Origin: a virus
Taxonomy: Duplodnaviria > Caudoviricetes
DNA length: 26,750 nt
Reading direction: 5' to 3' (one strand)
Virus record (IMG/VR): IMGVR_UViG_3300020188_000043
Location: 1-26,750 of that record
Part shown: piece by piece, positions 25,117 through 26,750 of the stretch
Position numbering within the stretch: position 1 is the stretch's first letter
How the letters are laid out: each line of letters begins with the position of its first letter
The notes under the pieces: generated by a model
What the model saw: the letters and a program-made list of their open reading frames with translations, nothing else
Database searches by the model: none
What the model was told of the DNA's origin: nothing
Program-made: the position numbers and the translations under genes

Positions 25117-26402
25117 TGGAACAAGCTGAAGTAATACGATTTGCTGGTGATATTGCTATTGATACAGCAGAAGTTATCTCAGCAAATGGATTTTCACAAA
25201 ATGTTACTGCACAAGTAGCTGGTATAGAAATATACGAAGATATGTTTTCTCCGTTTATTACTGGTGTTATTGGTATACGAGACTCTCAAGATCTTACTAA
25301 TTTGTTTCCATTTGTCGGTGAAGAATACATTAACCTTAGTATTCACACGCCTACTTTTGAAGGTAGAGATAAAGTTATTAAGGATCAATTCTATATATAT
25401 AAGGTAACAAATAGAATACAAACTAATACTCGTTCTACTGTCTACGAATTACATTTCTTTTCCAGAGAAGCTTTAGTTGATGTTAATAAAAAAATAAGTA
25501 AATCATACCAAGGTAAAATATCAGATATAGCAAATACATTATTAACTGATAAGTACGCTGGATTAGAAACCATTAAACCTGTTCTTATTGAAGAAACAAT
25601 TAATTCAACAAAATTTATTTCAAACTATTGGTCACCAGTTACTTCATTAAATTATATTCTTGATAGAGCTAAGAACGCAAAGGGTAATCCTAGTTATCTA
25701 TTCTTTGAAAATAGACGCGGATTTAATTTTATATCAACTAAAACATTATACAATCAAGATATTGTTCAAACGTTTATTCAAGATGAAAACTTAAGAGATT
25801 TTAGAAGTGATGGCTCTTCAATGAGAAACATTGAAAAAGAATATAAACGTATTATTGATATCAATGTACCAACAGTATTTGATTATTTAGATAATATCAT
25901 ATCAGGTAAGTTTGGATCTAAACAAATATCATATGATTTAGTCACTAAAAAATATAAAGTTAATACCTATAATATGTTTGAATCGTTTGAAAATGACGAC
26001 CATTTAAATAAATTTGCAAGTGCTTCTCAGAATGTAGTTTCACGTTCTAGTGCATTGGTGCTTAGAGCTACTGATCATTGGGGTTCATATAATGGTATTA
26101 TTGATGCTACAAATAGTGCAAGTAGTCAACATAGAATATCAATTATGAAACAACTCGAATCAACCATAGTTGAGATAACTGTTCCTGGTAGAACGGATTA
26201 TACTGTAGGTGATAAAATATATATGGATATAACTAAGCTTGAACAAATAACAAAAAAAGATATTGATATAACTGATAAAATACTATCGGGTAACTATATT
26301 ATTAGTGCAATACATCATAATATAACTCGTGATAGCCATGAATGTAAATTAGAGTTAATTAAAGACACATTCTTAATGGATTTAGATAAGGATGGAACAT
26401 AA
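25116..26402 (+). CDS. baseplate hub protein (gp27-like)
   Basis: IYED.FSP..TG, YLFFEN..GFNF, I.VPG....VGD, SGNYII.AI.H; between gp53 and gp5. Confidence 0.65.
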   Translation: MEQAEVIRFAGDIAIDTAEVISANGFSQNVTAQVAGIEIYEDMFSPFITGVIGIRDSQDLTNLFPFVGEEYINLSIHTPTFEGRDKVIKDQFYIYKVTNRIQTNTRSTVYELHFFSREALVDVNKKISKSYQGKISDIANTLLTDKYAGLETIKPVLIEETINSTKFISNYWSPVTSLNYILDRAKNAKGNPSYLFFENRRGFNFISTKTLYNQDIVQTFIQDENLRDFRSDGSSMRNIEKEYKRIIDINVPTVFDYLDNIISGKFGSKQISYDLVTKKYKVNTYNMFESFENDDHLNKFASASQNVVSRSSALVLRATDHWGSYNGIIDATNSASSQHRISIMKQLESTIVEITVPGRTDYTVGDKIYMDITKLEQITKKDIDITDKILSGNYIISAIHHNITRDSHECKLELIKDTFLMDLDKDGT

Positions 26403-26750
26403 TGCAATTATATAGTGGTGTAGTAGAAAACCGTCAAGATCCTCTTAAACTAGGACGTTGTCAAGTACGTGTTGTTGGTTTACATACACATGATAAAAAT
26501 CTTATTAAAACAGAAGATCTTCCTTGGGCTTATCCGCTACAACCAATTACTTCTGCTGGTATTTCTGGTATAGGTCATTCACCTATAGGTTTTGTTGAAG
26601 GATCTTGGGTTATTGTTATGTTCAGAGATGACGACAAACAACAACCCGTTTTATTAGGTTCTATTGGGGGTATACCTCAAGCAGATGGTGCTATTGACAG
26701 TGATGATAATGAAATGATATTAAAAGAAGATGGATATCTTCCTGCTTCTA
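26402..26750 (+). CDS. gp5: baseplate hub/spike protein gp5, N-terminal OB-fold, 3'-truncated
   Basis: MQLYSGVVENRQDPLKLGRCQVRVVGLH...LPWA...VEGSWVIVMFRD...QQPVLLGS. Confidence 0.92.
   Translation, partial: MQLYSGVVENRQDPLKLGRCQVRVVGLHTHDKNLIKTEDLPWAYPLQPITSAGISGIGHSPIGFVEGSWVIVMFRDDDKQQPVLLGSIGGIPQADGAIDSDDNEMILKEDGYLPAS

Noticed and set aside
1-26750. Stop-codon reassignment or mobile introns/homing endonucleases
   Set aside because: Core genes are full-length in the standard code, TAA, TAG and TGA all end genes, and no interrupted gene or HNH/GIY-YIG ORF was recognised.

Overview
AT-rich segment of a T4-like myovirus genome, read in the standard genetic code. The right part (about 16.9-26.75 kb) is T4 core: gp33, gp59, gp32, then tape-measure/hub, gp51, gp26, a displaced gp16, gp54-like, gp2, gp4, gp48, gp53, hub and the start of gp5. 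The middle (5.9-16.9 kb) is an early/accessory region with dsbA, rnh, denV, phoH, an M15 endolysin, an outer-membrane beta-barrel, groES, an exonuclease, an SleB-type hydrolase, a ClpP-like protease and a 2OG-Fe(II) oxygenase. Eight copies of a (T/G)(G/T)TAC(T/C)-N17-TATAAT promoter lie between 5.9 and 17.5 kb. The left end (1-5.3 kb) is the most unusual part: a compact operon with a curlin-like repeat protein, a secreted FecR-domain protein, a secreted PA14 plus curlin-repeat protein, and a membrane CHASE2 class III adenylate cyclase with intact catalytic motifs. This suggests a phage-encoded surface-fibre/sensor module coupled to cAMP. Other highlights are a promoter-driven structured ncRNA candidate of about 185 nt (6547-6731), a probable -1 frameshift fusing gp26 and gp51 ahead of the tape measure gene, apparent ATT/ATA start codons, probable leaderless mRNAs and a palindromic bidirectional late promoter. 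All calls come from motif recognition by eye; no searches were run.
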